DNA of 64,000 nucleotides from a virus: IMG/VR virus record IMGVR_UViG_3300017963_000203, positions 32,001 to 96,000 of that record; one strand, 5' to 3'. Shown piece by piece: positions 63,900 to 64,000 of this stretch (position 1 is its first letter; each line of letters starts with the position of its first letter). The notes under the pieces were generated by a model. It saw only the letters and a program-made list of their open reading frames with translations, ran no database searches and was not told where the DNA came from. The position numbers and the translations under genes were made by a program.

Positions 63900-64000
63900 A
63901 TGGCCACCATCGAGATTCACGAGCCCATGATCATCACGGCGCGTCTTCTACCCGGAGTGAGAATCGAGGACGCATTCATTTCGGTCGAGCCCACCGGAAA
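63900..64000 (+). CDS. partial hypothetical protein (runs off the window)
   Basis: AAGGAG RBS and ATG at 63900; frame open to the end. Confidence 0.5.
   Translation, partial: MATIEIHEPMIITARLLPGVRIEDAFISVEPTG

Noticed and set aside
1-64000. CRISPR array, tRNA or rRNA genes
   Set aside because: No regularly spaced direct repeats or cloverleaf/T-loop signatures were seen in the short intergenic gaps. This was checked by eye only.

Overview
GC-rich segment of a large, probably lytic, contractile-tailed (myovirus-type) dsDNA bacteriophage that uses the standard code and strong GGAGG Shine-Dalgarno sites. The minus strand carries two blocks of morphogenesis genes (3-32512 and 38722-44509). These encode a tail sheath, neck and adaptor proteins, major capsid protein, scaffold-like proteins, prohead protease, lambda-gpA-type large terminase, baseplate spike, portal, and a single-polypeptide beta+beta' RNA polymerase of 2064 aa. 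The plus strand carries two blocks of small early-type genes (32603-38709 and 44625-64000), including YkvA/DUF1232, DUF4262, Thg1-like, MtrA/DUF4346-fused thymidylate synthase, HD/DUF5662, PAPS-reductase-like, XRE HTH and a lipoprotein. Four signals stand out. (1) A portable peptide tag, F-x-x-G-[FL]-x-D-E-[LI]-x-K-x-[AG], is fused to many unrelated cargo proteins, and Phi-x-K-x-[AG] sites are dense in head-module proteins; together these suggest an undescribed capsid-loading and proteolytic processing code. (2) Seven copies of GTCAYRAGA-N4-TRRA lie upstream of plus-strand genes and are a candidate promoter for the phage RNAP. (3) A putative virion polyprotein carries a nucleotidyltransferase and an embedded type IV pilin-like KKG|FTLIELM motif. 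(4) An AcrVA2/FinQ-like gene is split by one in-frame TAA. All family assignments come from motif recognition by eye; no database searches were run.
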